Assembly (NCBI GenBank): GCA_029717555.1 | Contig: JAMDHS010000066.1 | Span: 62,001-119,350 of the forward strand | Length of the DNA stretch: 57,350 nt | Direction: 5' to 3' | Source of the DNA: Peribolospora baueri | Taxonomy: Eukaryota | In this document: positions 1 to 13,900 of the stretch, in pieces | Layout: each line of letters opens with the position of its first letter | Position numbering within the stretch: the first letter of the stretch is position 1 | The notes under the pieces: generated by a model | The model's input: the letters and a program-made list of their open reading frames with translations, nothing else | The model's database searches: none | What the model was told of the DNA's origin: nothing | Translations under genes and position numbers: made by a program

Positions 1-1885
1 AACGAGAAGAGATAGGGTGCGTAACGATGGCAAATCAGTGGGACGACTCGAACAGCGAATCCCGCCAAGCTGCTTCGCAAAGCCTAAACCTTTAGCCGAG
101 CGACTCACCAAAGTACCGATCATGATAATCCTCACGCCCAAACCACCCCAGAGACCTCGGAAGCCGACCTTCTTGACAATATCTCCCACTGTCGGAGCGG
201 CCTCGCCAGCTTTGACAGGGGCGTTGAGCTTGGAAACCAGGACGTCCGCGGGATGGGAAACGACGGCGCAGGCGACGCCTGGAAGTGAGGTGCCGGGACA
301 ATCAATGACGAAGTGAGTCGCCCAAGGGGAGTGAATGAAAAAGATAGGAAGGGGGAGGGGAACTAACCGGCAGTGTAACCGGCGACAAACGAAATGCCGA
401 GCTGCTGGATCTTGTTGTACGAGTCCTTGGGCCTTCCGAGATACTGGTAGATGCGCTCGACGGTGGCCTCGAAGAAGGTGAATTTGACCATCGTGTAGGC
501 TGTTGGATCGAGCAATGAAGATCACCCAAATCGCGCATCATCGAAGGGGATAAGATGATGTTGGGACGGACGGGCCTTTGTGTTAGAACGGTGGTCGCCA
601 TGTACAAAGCGACAAGACTAGAAGAACGACCGGCACTCACGAATCTGGCGGGCCCAGAGCGAAGGAAGAGCACCGTACAGGCTGTGTCGAGGAGCGAAGC
701 AGGCAAACGAAGAGAACATCGTCAGCATCTCCCATTCTCCGAGCACAAACACCGCACGGCACGATCAAGGACGCGGAATACGGCTAACCTAGCGAGACCC
801 TCGGTCTGGGCGACATGCCGGAGGGCGGCACCGGTCTGACGAGGGAAGTCGTCACGGGTCTGCATCCTGACCTTGAGAGATTCCTGATCATGTGAGATTA
901 CATAGAGAGGAGAGTGAGCAGCAAGGCCACAGCGAAGGAATCGTTTCCTGCTCCCATCTCGGGCCGCGGGACGTTGCGGCCGAAACTGTCGCTCACGCAC
1001 CCAGGGGCACAACATCATATCGGCCAGAAACTCGGCAGTGGCCGAAGCGGCGAGGTAGACGAAGGTCTTGTATTTCTGCGCGTTCCTCTCGCCCACTTTG
1101 TCTGAGTACTGCTTCTTGAAGACCCTGGATGGAATTGGCACAAGGGCGGACAGTTGATGTGTGGGAGCGGTTAGATCGGACAGCCAAGTTGCGAACGACG
1201 GCGTTGGCGACGAAAAAGCGCTTCACTCACTCGTAGAACCCATACTTGCCGGCGCCCTGCAAGCTATAGCCAATGAAAGTGGGACCAACGCCGGTGAAGA
1301 CGCCCTTGAGGCCTTCGGTGCGGTAAATGGTCTTGAAGCCGTCCCAGTTGCCCTTGTACCTGGTGCTATCGACCTTTGCGCGTGGCGCAGAGACGACGTG
1401 ATGGAGTGTGACGGTGAGCCTTGGGTCCAAAGATGAGGTTTGGCTCACGGATCACGGGTTGAAACGTCGAGCAGACACTCACTTGGAGACGACACTGTTG
1501 AGGCGCATTGAAGCACGAAGCGAAGGGCAGGGGGGACGATGTGAGCACCGAAACGCACCGATCGACCGCGAGCACGACCAGACATGGGACGACAAGGCCT
1601 GGTCGAACGACTGGCGCTCACCTTTACGTTATCGAGGGGGCACACGAGGCTGTGGGTAGGGCCGCAGGCGATGATGCCACCGAGGGTGCAAGTGACATAG
1701 TACTGGGGAGTGAAGAGCTTGACCCTGGGTGGTCTCTTGGCTCCCTCTTGGAAGGAGGGGACGAGCCAACTGGAGGGGAGCGCGGCAGGGGCGGCCGGCG
1801 AGCCGCGAGGAGAGACGGGCGGTGCGATAGACGTGAGGGCGGCGGCGCCCGGCGCGAGAGCGGGCGAAGAGGGGAGGAAGATCAT
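1..1885 (-). CDS. Mitochondrial phosphate carrier (PIC2/MIR1 family, SLC25A3-like); multi-exon, 3' end runs off the window start
   Basis: Exon translations [31 protein letters not shown] | CRLQ | [48 protein letters not shown] | [20 protein letters not shown] | ESLKVRMQT are characteristic of phosphate carriers. ATG at 1885-1883. Includes a 12-nt microexon at 1483-1494. Confidence 0.93.
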
Positions 1886-2510
1886 GGGGGAGTGAAGGGC
1901 AGTGTGAGCTCGGTGACGTGAAGAGGGACAAGGAGGATGCGTCAAGGTCAAGATAAGGACGAGGACAAGGACGACGAAGACGAAGCACGGGTCGGTCCGG
2001 GGTGTGGTCGGTCGGTCGTCGCCGGGGGCTGGCTTGGGTCATCGCCCGATATGATATGTATATATGCGCGCAGACGGCCAAGCGTGGGTGTCTGAGCGAG
2101 GCACGGGATGGGATGGGATGGCTGACCCTCCGTGTTTGCCGCCCGCCCCCTCCCTAAGGAAGGCCCAATAGCCAGGTTTCGTCTCGCCGCAAGCGTATAC
2201 AATGTGTCCTTACCCGGAACTCCCCTACGCGGCCTATGACGGCATCCTCCTCGTTGCAGCCACCTCGCCATCGCCGTCTTCATTTCCTCGGCTTGGCCCG
2301 ATCGCCTGCAGCGGGTGTGCTGTGCTGACCGAGGAGCCGGTGCAGACGTAGACGACGGCCGGCGCACGTGACGCGTCTGCGTCGGCTACTTCATTTCTTC
2401 TCCCCCCCCTCGTCCACCCGCGCACGCTCCGACTCGCATATCGTCGTCCATCTGTCGACCTCAGAAGGAAGCAAGCAAGGGCGTCCAGTCCTCTCTCCGC
2501 GGCGCCCACC

Positions 2511-2992
2511 ATGACAGTCCCGCCGCCCTTCGCATCCCGCCTCCAGGCCCTCGCGGCCCTCCGCTCCACCATCTTCCAGACCTCTTACAACCCCACCGGC
2601 GTCCGAACCGGCGCCTCCATCCTCAAGGCCCGCCTGCAAGGCCCTGCCATGGTCGCCTACTACCCGCCGCCCAAGGTCAACGTGAATCAGCTGGGCAGAA
2701 TGTTCGGCATCGACCTCAGGGACGTGGAGGAGGAGACGAGGCTTGCGGATGTGGAGACCAAGAGGAGGAAGGGCAAGGGCCCGCCGAAGAAGGGTGAGTG
2801 CGACACCAGACGCGCGCCTGCAAAGCCCCGTCCGCGTCGATCGCGGCCGGCGAACGTGGTTCGCTGATCCCATTCATCGCCTCCTCCTTTTCTGTTCTCC
2901 CATTTTCGTCTTCTGCCGCCCCGTCTCCCCGTTCCTCTCGCTCCGCAGGCGAAGGCAAACGGAAGGCGATGAAGGCCAGAGGAAAGAAGTGA
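2511..2992 (+). CDS. RSM27: Mitochondrial small ribosomal subunit protein mS33/Rsm27; 2 exons
   Basis: IFQTSYNPTGVRTGASILKARLQGPAMVAYYP...KRRKGKGPPKKG. Intron GTGAGT(~2795)...CGCAG(2948), then EGKRKAMKARGKK*. Confidence 0.9.
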
Positions 2993-3331
2993 ACCATTCG
3001 TTTCTAGACTTCCCCTCCGTCCGACAACCTCTCTTCCTCGAGCCATATGTCGGCCACCGCACCTTTGCATAGACTGTATCAGTAGTTACCCACGACGCGA
3101 GTGCAACTTTTCCCGTCATCCAACCCATCGCGCGACTTCTGCTCCTCGTCTGCGTTCTTGGTCATGGAGGAGAGAGAGGCGAGGCACTTTCCATGGCAAG
3201 CAGATAGGAGCGAAATACGCCGCGAAGGCGAGAGTGTCGTTGTGGGGTTGCACCTCCCAGCCGTGACGAGCGTGACTTTACAGCCCTCATTCAGATTGCA
3301 AACGCTGTACGATCAGCGACGACGCCCTTTC

Positions 3332-4766
3332 TCAATCCCCCCACCCTCTCCTCCTCCTCGATTCCCGCGCCCTACGCACATCGTCTTTGTAATACTGGTC
3401 CGAATACTCGTATTCACTCCTCGGCGTCCCAGACTCGCTCGGCGTGCTGATTCCCATGCGCTGTCGCCGCTTCGCTGCCATCAGCGCCTCCGCTCGGGCG
3501 CGCTCTGCACTCTCCCGGCTTTGCGCTTCTGCGCGCAGCGAGTTCGCCGGGCTGTCGAGAGAGGGACGAGCCTCCCTGCGGTCTGGTGGACGCATCTCGC
3601 CGGCCCTATGTCCGCTTCTGGCCCCTCTTGCGCGTGAACCCCACCCGAAATCCTGCCGTCCTCCTCTCTCGCCCGCGAGGTTCGAATGTGGTAATTGAGA
3701 CTGCGCAGACGAAGGCGTGGCCGATAGCGGAGTGCCAACGGAGAAGCCGCGCAGTCGCTCCATCTCCGCCTTTGCGAGCGCGGACTCGCGTTGGGCGAGA
3801 TAGGACTCCATCGTTTTGAGCGGGTCGTTCGAGGATTTGATTACGTTGTCTTTGTAGCTACGCCCAGTCAGTCGGTCGGGGACAGAAGAAAGGAAAGCAC
3901 TTGTCAGCACCAGAGTCACCAACCCGCCTGCTCGGCCAAGTGATGCGACCCGGAAAAAGGCCACAGCCGCAACACAAGACTCACGCGGCCTCCATTCGCT
4001 GCTCCGCCGACTTTTTCCTCTCCTCGCCACTCATCAGGTCAGGCTGGCTGTACCACGGTCGTAGCTCCTTGGCCGGCTTATCGAGGTACATGGTGATCTG
4101 CGCGTCCCATTTGTCTGCCTCCGCTTTCTCGTCCGCAATATTCTCCGGGTTTTTCATGGTCTTGCGCAGCCTCGCCACTTGGTCCTGCGTGAGGAGTGGA
4201 GGTGGACATCATAAGCGACCCTGGTCACCTTCTCTCAGCACAGGCACTCAAAGAGTGTCTGCAAGGTGGCTTGCGCTCACCTTGCCTTCCATGTCTGCCC
4301 AAAAATTGATGTGCCCCTTCGTCTCAAGCCTCTCCACCCCTCCATCATGGCCCTGACCTCCACTGCCAGACGCAGACGCAATCCCAGGTTGCCGATACCT
4401 TTCGAGCGCTCGCGAGTCCCCGTCCAGCGCTCTCTCTGCGTCCTTCAACCTTCGTTTCGAGTCATAAACGCCCGACTCTGTTGTCAGATCCCCTCCTTCA
4501 TCCTTTTTTGATGCTCGGTGCTTCCTCAGGAGGTTGATGCGAGCCTCTGAGTCCTGCGAAATAGTCAAAGACACACCCAAAGTCAGGTTTGATTCGTGAC
4601 CCGAGACCGTGAGCGATGCTCGTCCCAATGCACTCACGGCGATCAATGTCCTCTGCTCCTCTCTCTCCGCCTCTCTTCGTGCCTTCTCCTCGTCCTTCCT
4701 GACCCTCTCGATATTCTCCCGACGATAAGGGTGGTAAGACTTGTGGTGCTGGAGATGGAGCGGCAT
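3332..4766 (-). CDS. CIR N-terminal domain protein (LENG1/Cwf25-like, probably splicing-associated); multi-exon
   Basis: N-terminus MPLHLQHHKSYHPYRRENIERVRKDEEKAR matches Cir_N. Later exons give GHINFW, LRPWY, DPLKTM and YSDQY motifs. Confidence 0.75.
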
Positions 4767-5267
4767 GGTTGGTGGTTATCACAATCAGGAGATCGGGGTG
4801 TGCATGTGGGGACTGCGGCGCCGCTTGACGCTTCGGCGGGTCTTGCTGAAATCATCTTGTTCGCCGACCTCAACTTTCGTATCTCATAAGAGAGGATGGA
4901 TTCCAAGCGTCCATGTGTTTTGCTGTGTACCCATTCTCTCACTCACCGTACAGCGCTCTCCCTGACCATTATTCCCGCCTTTTTGCCACAGTCATGCTCG
5001 CTTTCGCAGCGGTTTCGATGACGCCCTCAACGTCGGTCGCGCTAGCGCGTAGATTGCGTCGCGCCTCTTTCGTCCCTCCCAAGGCCGTATCGAGGTGAAG
5101 GGGCGGTCTGGCAGGCTAGCTAGAGGATGGGCCGTGGTTAAATGGAGGGCGAGGTGGTGCGCCATCTTTTTCTCCCCACTTTCTACTTGACCTCGCTCCC
5201 TCCTCATCGCCCTCCTCCCTCTCACCCCCCTTCACATCGACTTCCTGAAGTAAGACGGGCCGCTGCT

Positions 5268-8200
5268 ATGCCTGACAACTCGTCCACGTTAGACAGGCTC
5301 CTGTCCGTGCCCATCGCCATCGCTCACATTGAATCTCGGACTAGGGACGACAGCGCTCACCTCTTCCGTACGTCCCCTTTGGCGTCCTCCCGAGATGAGT
5401 CCGTCCCCTCGTCCCACGCTCGTTGGCCCGCAGCCCTCTCGAATGCATCGTCCCCCGTCGGCTCTATGAGGATCAGTAAGTCCTCCTCGCCGTCCGAGTA
5501 CGTTGCCATCTTTACCACCAGCGGCGATCGCGACGGAAACGTCTACTCTGCTGGCTTCATCTCGCCCTCCGAAAGTCATCTTGATCCTGGCACATCGAGG
5601 CGTGGAGAGCTGGAGGCACCCGTTGACTACTTCAGCATCCTCCCTTCGACATCTGTCGATGAAGCCATTGCGGTCGCATCACAAGATCGTCGAATGGCAT
5701 CGCATCACTCTGGGATGGAGTTTGACTACGACTTCGACGATGAGGACGACGCCTCTCAGGGGTGGACGCGGCCCGCCCCGGCCCTTTCTCCTCTCAACGC
5801 CTCGACTTTGCCGAGTCCGAACGTCGACGGCGAAAGAGATCTTGACTCTCTCTCACGAGAGGCAAGCCATACGTCATCGCCGAGGAACAGCGTCGGCTCC
5901 ATCGTCGACATCTTTGCGAGGAGCGGGTCATATGAAAGTGAGTCAGACGCACTGGTGCCTATGCCGTCGAATGCGGGAAAGAGAGCTGAATGCGCACCGC
6001 ATGTCCTTACGCATTCAACAGGACTTCAGCCCACCCCTCCGCGCATCGTAGCTGCCGCCACGACGGCCGTGCCATCATCGTCTCTCCGCTATCTCGCGCC
6101 TATACAGACGTCCACTCGTGACTCCATCGGCTCCGGGGATATTCCGGTCGAATGGGCTGAAGATACCGTGCTATTGACGGTCCCCGCTTCACTAACCCGC
6201 CAGCGTACGAGGTCCAGCGGTGCGTCCATGCAGGCCGTGCTCAGCGACCTCGAGGGAGTTGAAATGCGGGACAGCCCCCCTGGAACGTTGCCGCGTGGAT
6301 CCACTTCTTCTCTGGAGACCTCGCAAGAGCGCTCCGCTCGCTTCACCTATCCGCACAAAAAACCGACCGACCAACCAGAACGGCTGGCTCCAGTCGCCCC
6401 GCCTATAAATGCACCCAGGGAAGACCTGTTCGTGGGCTCCGTGCAGCTCGACGACGTCTTCACCGTTTCCAGCCAGATGAAGCCGACTGCGCATTTATCG
6501 CCGACTACCGAAACCGCCGCGGCCGCGCATATTCCACTTGGCTTCCACGGTCACCGAAAGTCACACCCGTTGTCGCCTGTTCAGCAGGAGCTTTCGCAGA
6601 AGCTGCCAGCGCCACATGGCGACTTCGTCTTGCACAGTCCGGGCAAAGCTGTGGATGACGTGTCCAGCGAAGAGGCCTTTCAAGACTCAGGTGTTGTCAT
6701 GTCGGCGCATTTCAAGCAGTGGTCGACGAACGTAGGGGGTCAGACTCCTACACCGGCCCCGTCCGGTCCATCCGGTCATTCCGTGAGCTCTCAGTCATAT
6801 TTCCAAGGTTGTCTTGGGCGCATATAGCAGCTCATTCTGCTCTTTTTATGCCATAGGGAATGTATGGGCCCCCCGCTCTATCCAAACTGAACTCTGTTTC
6901 TCCCACACGACGAGGCCGTAGTATTCCGTCAACGTGTTCCTTTAGAAAGACCGGATCACCCAGTGAAAACCATCTCCCCTTTCGCCGCGTTCGCAAACCC
7001 GCATCGGTCCTGGGTGGACTTCCGCCGTCTCCCCTCGCTAAGGCTGAACGAACAAGGACGCCTGCCAGAAATGCAGATGCAAATCGCGCTGTTCCGGGAC
7101 CTCCAGTGCCGGCTGGCCACAGCTCTAGCAGCGTCGAGCGAGCTAGTCCGAAAGGGACGTTTGACGAAGTCCAACCTTTTCGTTCTTGCGATCTTTGCGG
7201 ATCTGTCACCTCAAAGCTCATCGCCTTCATTCCTTGTGGGCACAAAGCTTGTGGAGCTTGCTCAGCGTCGGTGAGCCCTGCCTAATGTTGGGCGATTATC
7301 GGTGCCACTCGGATTGACGATGTGTGTGTACCGCACGCAGAGTGTAAACCAAGTGGTCACTCAGCCCCCAAGAAAGAACCTATGTGCGGCCTGCAAGACA
7401 CCGGTGGAGTCCATCTCCGTGCCTACTCTTTTTTCGACCGGGCTTCTCACCGCCTATCGACGCCGCGCCGTGTCGGAACCGCCACGCGTGCTTCGCACCT
7501 TTTCCAGAGGGTTAGCTCAAACGACCAGCTCTTTTGCGAGCTCCGAAAGAAGCCGCTTTTCATCTGTGCAGGCCTCGCCAGCCATGTACGACATCAGCGA
7601 GATCGAGGAGGAAGCCGATTCGGCCTTGCCTTCATTCAACACCAGCACTCCTAAACGTGCGACCAGTTTGGAGAACTTGGCTGCACAGCCAGAGACGCCG
7701 ACAAAACCGCAAAGGAACCGTGGAGTTCGGACCATGCTGAATTCGGTGCCATCTTCGCCATTGTTGGTCGAGGGCGTGTCGGCGTTCATGACTCCTCCTA
7801 TCAAGAACACGTCCTCCGTTCGTACTGGAAAAATCAAACAAGGCCGTCCGCCTTCGGTAGCCAAGGACGTCTTCTCGTCGTTCGCTCAAGAGATCGGAAC
7901 TGAAGGCGACTTTCCTTTCACGAGCACGCCAACCGGTCAGTCTCGTGCGTCGAACATGAGGAGGCATGTACAGACGTTGTAAGTTTGGCTGGTGCTTCGC
8001 TCTAGAACCTTGCGTCTAAAGTAACCGAGATGTGTGCGTTTACCTACCTTCTCGACGGCGGAAAGACCACGCATGACGCGGTGGCAGGACAAAGCCGCGC
8101 AGCCAGATCACGCCTTCGGAGAGCAGGACACTCAACTAGTCGATCACGTTGCCGACGCCCCATACGCAGATGAGCGTAGACGTCTGCCCGCAGGCCTGGT

Positions 8201-9732
8201 CGCGTAAGTATGCGCACAACTGTTTTCGCTTCAACTTTATCTGTCCTCAGTCTCTGACTGACGAGGTTTACCAACTTGCAGAGCGAGTCGCACGTCGCAT
8301 GAGGTCTCGATTATCCGCATCGAAAACGTGAGTAGTCAATTAGGACTTTAAGAACGTCCTGCTTGCTGAGACCGCATTCTTGCTTAGCTGCCGTGGAATG
8401 CATGCGTCGGAGACATTATGGCCTGGCTTCCTGAAGGCACTCTGCCCGATCCTGCCATACGCCCGCACCCGATTCACATCCCGCTCGAGTGAGTTTCCAC
8501 GCAAGGCCGGGCGGCAAAGCATCTCTGATAGTGACGACTCTATCGGATTATTCTAGGGCTGCGAACGGCAAGACGGGCAATTCGGCTTACGCAGAATGCC
8601 AGGACGAGGATAGTGCAAAGAGGGCCATCAGGAAACTCAACAATCGTCGGCTGCTTGGACGGCCAGTATCGGTCTTGCTTTCCTTGCACGCGGAAATGAT
8701 GGACGAAGTGAGAGTGACTACTACTAGCTTTCCGGTGGCGTGTGTCCGCTGAAGTTTGTCTTTTTTTTTTTCTCCTCTCAGCTCTTCCATTCCCGCATTA
8801 GCATGACGGGTGACCAAACTACTTTCGTCACGAAGACCGAGCTAAGAGGTCTAGTCGATCTGTGCAGAAGCAGAGCAAAGTTCCTCAAGAACAAGTGCAA
8901 CATCTCCGATTCGCTCGCCACGATCGTGTCCAACGTGCCGCTTGACATGGAACGCGAACAGAGGGACGACCTCTTTAAAACAATCCTAAGTGAGCGCGAT
9001 CTCTGATTTGCTTACTGTATGATGTTACTTCGTGTGCTGATTGTCTCTTTTCACAGCTATCATCGAAAGTTTGGGCGTACAGACGCACAGTGAAGCGCAC
9101 CTAGGTGTCTCTCTCCGGCGCCTTGTCTCCACCTGTCTCCTCTGCGACGGTAAGCCTCCCGCTTGGGCTTCGTGTCACGCCTTCCCTCGGCTTGACTCAA
9201 TGTGTCCGTTCTTGTGTAAATTGCAGCGTTCACCAGAGGGCAGAAAGAGCGGATATTCCAGAGTTTGGAATCGTCTTTGACGCCCCTGGGCGTCATCACC
9301 GCCGCTCCCACGAATTGGAGCGACATGTCAGTCCCTGTCTCTACTATTCAGCCTTCGGCCGCACGACATACGCCCACTGGCCATGCAGCAGACATGAGAG
9401 CGCAAGCATCGCCTTGGGACTTTTCATCCTGGCCTGGTATGCCAAGTCCACAACCTGGCGCGGTCGGGACTTTGCAAAGCGTGCAGCCGCGTCATCCCCA
9501 TAGCAATGTTGCGTGGCCGTATGACATCGGGATTTTCGGCGCTGCCGACGTCCCACCTCTGTCGTGGTTCCCCGATTGGGGTGGTCGAGGAGGTCAGAGT
9601 GTCGCTTCAAGGTACCAGTGGGGCCACGGAGATTTTCATTTGTCACACCACTACGGCCATCCACACTTCGCTCAGGTCGGGACTGGAGGTGAGTTGGCCT
9701 CGTGGGCATATCGCGCAGACGCAGTGACTTAG
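5268..9732 (+). CDS. Large low-complexity protein with a C3HC4 RING finger and a C-terminal RRM-like domain; multi-exon
   Basis: Long Ser/Pro-rich ORF at 5268-6786. RING split by an intron: CDLC...PCGHKACGAC | ...LCAACKTPV (~7186-7410). RRM-like IRIEN|LPWNA...RIHIPL...GKTGNSAYAECQDEDSAKRAIRKLNNRRLLGRPVSV (~8310-8680). Exon joins inferred from GT-AG sites. Confidence 0.65.
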
Positions 9733-10999
9733 AATTCGATTGTCCGACGTTCGCATGCAGTGCCTATGCCCGACTGGACCAGCGGCCCCGCCCCGTCAAC
9801 CGGCAGGCCCCATTACGGCTTCGTGTTGGCTGAAGCGGCGAGGTCGATGCCGCCAACCGGGCCTTTTGGGCTTTGGACGCCATTCCCTCGGCCTGGTTTC
9901 GACCTTTATTGTGCAAACTTCCTACACTAAGGATAGGGTGAGGCTGGCGTGAGGGCAAGATGTTAAGCAATGTATCCGTAGCAGTCGTATCGCAGTTACC
10001 TTGAATCGAGTTCGCGTCCATCCATCCTTGGTGAGTTAGAATCGAAGCGACGGTCCGTCGGCGAGGGTCCGTCCGTCCGATCGATCACCCTTTCACGTCA
10101 GTGGAAATGCTCTCGGCCGAAAGGAGGCCGGGCCGAGAGCGCGGCTGGGGAGGCAAGGCGAGTAGCCAATAATACAAAGTCCAATAATACAAAGTCGAGG
10201 GACCTCAACGAGGCCAGAGTCGCGTGGCAAGAGTGCGTCACCGTTAAGTGCGATCTGCTGACATATGCGTGGTAAACGAGCAGGGGTCGAGAGAGTCCGA
10301 CTGATAAGGCGCAGGGAAATGTCCACCGGAGCGACCTCGGCCGGCTATCGGAGCGTACGCGTCGTCCTTCTCTTCTCCACTCCACGCCGCACCACCGTCC
10401 TGGGGTCTGGCCGGGCAGAGAGAAGGGGAGAAGGCAGGTTGACGTTCTCCATATATCCCTCCTTCTCCTCCTCCTACTCCTACTCCGCCCCTCGCCCTCC
10501 TTCCCTTATATCCTCTATCGTCCTCTCTCGTTCCTCGAGTCTGGCTCACCTAGTGTCCGACGGCGACGACTGGCGTGCGGCCCGACGTCCACTCTCTATT
10601 GTCGACCACGTCTTTTCGACCTACTGTATGCTGTACAGTACGTGCATACATACATCGCCAGTGGACTGACCCGGCGGCCTCACACGCGGTCTGAAACTCA
10701 ACTTCTGCTTTTATCTCCGTGGAGGCAAGACAAGGCAAGAACGATCGCGCGTCGCTACTTAGTTACTCTCCACGTGAGTTGTGCCCAGCACCATCCGAAA
10801 ATACGAGGGTCCATTCGTTCGTTCGCTCACCGACATCGACCCGGGCCGCGCATGCCCTTCGCAAAGGTGGTTTAAGAGTCAGCCTAGCCCAAAGTCGGCA
10901 GGCGAGGGTTTCGATAGGTCTTAGGACTGACCAAGTTGCCCATCCAGAACCAAGTTTTCGTAACTTTCCGTCCCCAAGGGCGACGAGGATTATAACATA

Positions 11000-13900
11000 A
11001 TGGCTTCCGCACCACCGGTGTCCAAAGACGTCTCGGCACGCTCCCAACGCTTCCGCTCCTCCGACCATTCCAGTTCTCCCTCTCCCGACGCAATATCCGC
11101 AGAGGGCGCACCCACCGTCGAGCCCGTCGTCAACGCGGGGGACGAGCTCGGCTTCCTCGCAAGCGACGCTGCTGAGGAAATTGTTTATCGACTAGACCAC
11201 GCTCACGATTCTGGCGTCGCCGAGCGATCGACGGCTGCGTCTCCTCGCGCGAGCGCAAGTGGATCTAAGACGAGGTCTGCTTCTCATGCGCCTCGTCGTC
11301 GACGCAGCAGCGTTCCTGGTGCTTCCAACAGCGATCGCGATGGCGACTGCGACGGCGGAGACGATGGCGACCGAGGTTCTCGGCCGCTCGTCCAGGAAGC
11401 CGAGGATTCCCATCTGCTCTGGCGCCGAGCCTTCCCGTGGTATCGCCGACCTTCGTACTACTGGCTCATGCCCCTCGCCCTTATAGCCACGATCACCGTG
11501 GGCATGACAGCCGGCCCGCGACTGGAGATCTACAATGCAATCGTTTGCGAGGCCGTCGGTGCTTCCGGTGGGGAGGACATTGTAGGCGGGATCATCAGAG
11601 GCCCCAAGCCTTCGCCCGAGCTGCTCATCGTGCCCACACCCAGTGTCACCATGGTTGCTGCCCAGCTCATCCCCACTGGTCAGGCGGTTTGGAGGCCTGT
11701 TGACTTCAGATCGTCCTATCTCTTCTCGCCTTTCTCTCCCCTCCTCGTGGGCTCGAACGTTCATGTCGACCAGCCCACAGCAACCGTCAAGGCCGATTCA
11801 GGCGCGTACATGTCTCCACACACCTTCCCTCTCCGCCCTCGCGACCCCAGCAAAGACTGCCGCCAGAACCCGATGGTCCAAAGCGCTGTCGCCCGCCTCA
11901 CGCTTTCTATGACTCTAACCATGGGTCTCCTCAGCTGTTTCACAGTCGGATGGTGGGGAGGATTGAGCGATCGGTGGGGCAGGACTAGGGTCATTCGGAT
12001 CGTTGTTGTTGGGTTGATCATAAGGTGAGTAATGGTAGGCTCGAACATTTGATGAGACGACTGATGTTGGCACGGAATCGTGCGAATCGACGATTTCAGT
12101 CCTCCCTCCGCTCACATTCTACCCTCTGCTTTCGTCTTCTCCTTAAAACAGTGATGCTGCCTTCTTCGCTGTCGCCCTGTTTCGCGACCGCCTTCCTGGA
12201 GGCTACCACTTCCTCCTCTGCGGTGCGGCGATCGAGGGTCTCCTTGGCGGCTACGCTACGCTCCTCGCAGCCCACCAGGCATACATTTCCGAAGTGACCG
12301 CCTCCGGCAGCCGTGCTCGCATCTTCTCCCTCTTCATGGGTTTGGCATTCCTCGGCCTTGCCGTGGGTCCCGTGCTAGGCGGATATGTCCTTACTTGGAG
12401 CGGAAACTTGTTGACCCCTTTTTGGGCCAGCGCCAGGTGAGTGTATGCTTTGGCTAGTTGCCCAGAACCTCAGTCCGAGCGGCGCGTGCCCGAGCTCAAA
12501 CCAGCTTCCGTTACATTTTTCCTTCCCGCAAACTTCCTTCACCGGTCCCCATTTTCCCTCAGTGTTCACTGCCTTTACTGCCTCTTCGCCTGGTTCATCC
12601 TTCCCGAGTCGTCTTCTCCGGAGCGACTGGCTGCGGCACAAGCCGAGCACGAAAAGGCGAAGAAGGAGCGCGCCCAGCGAGAGTGTGATAGATGGTCACC
12701 CGCCGTCGAGCCTGTGCCTGTGTCCTCGGATCCTGAGGCCAGGCCCACCCTCGAAGGCAGTTCACGCGAGGGAGATGCAGAGGAGCCCTTACTCGGCAAA
12801 GCCCCAGTCGCATCGTTGGACCTTACTCTTCAGCGAACAGGCCGGTGGAAAGCCGTGGGAAAGTCAATCCTTATGCGCTCTCGAACCTTGTTCACGTTTC
12901 TTCAACCAGTGCAGCTCCTCCTTCCCACCCGTATCACCGCTTCCGGCTCGATCCACTCGTCTGATGATTCGTCGTCCGCTTCACTATCTTCACATGGCCA
13001 CAGCTATCCCCATGCCTCGGGTGGAAGGAGTCACATCTCCGTCAGCGCCTTTGCCCCCGACGCATACACCGACCATGTCGCTATCGCAAGCGGCGGAGAG
13101 GTCCCCACGGTGGGGATGAAGAAGAGCAGAGGGCTGGATTGGAACCTCAGCTTGTTGAGCTTGGCCTATTTCGCCGAGCTCATGTGCATGGTGAGTCCGG
13201 CCGCGTCGTTTCAGCTCCAAGCCCCGTTCAGCTTTTCCGTGTTTGGTTCTGATCGTCTTCTGAAACAGGGAGTTATGAGCTACAAGATCCAGTACGCGCA
13301 GATGTTCTTCGACTGGGACGCCCAATCGCTCGGTTATTTTATCTCGTTCATCGGCATCGCCCGTGGTGTATCCCTTGTCATCATCCTCCCGCTGGCTATC
13401 AAGGTCTTGCACCGTCCCAAGCCAACCCTCGCTTTACCTGTTGAGGAGTCACTCGAGGAGGAGGATGTGGCTAGCGAGACGAACGGCTTACTCAAACCTG
13501 ATCGCATCGCCACCAACGCTGGAGGGAGTGACTATGGAACCCTCTCTTCTGCAGCCGGCCCTTCCTCCGCAGCAGCCGAAGCCGAAGGGGAGGACGAGGC
13601 AACACGCTACGAGGCGGCCTGGGCTCTCCGTGCGAAGCATGTCCGTCTTCTTCACGACTCTTCGTTCGACCTCAATCTCGCCCGAGTGAGCGTCCTCATC
13701 AACGCCGCTTCCTATATCGCCCTCGCCCTCGCGCGAGACTCGAAACAGTTCATCCTCGCCTCCGCCGTTGCTAGCTTGGGTAGCGGCGCCGGAGCGGCGA
13801 TCAGCAGCCTCGCGCTCAACTTGCTCGGCAACCCGGCTCACGCCGGTAAGTTGTTCGCCAGCTTTGCCATCGTCCAGACTGCTGCTAGTGAGTAGATGGC

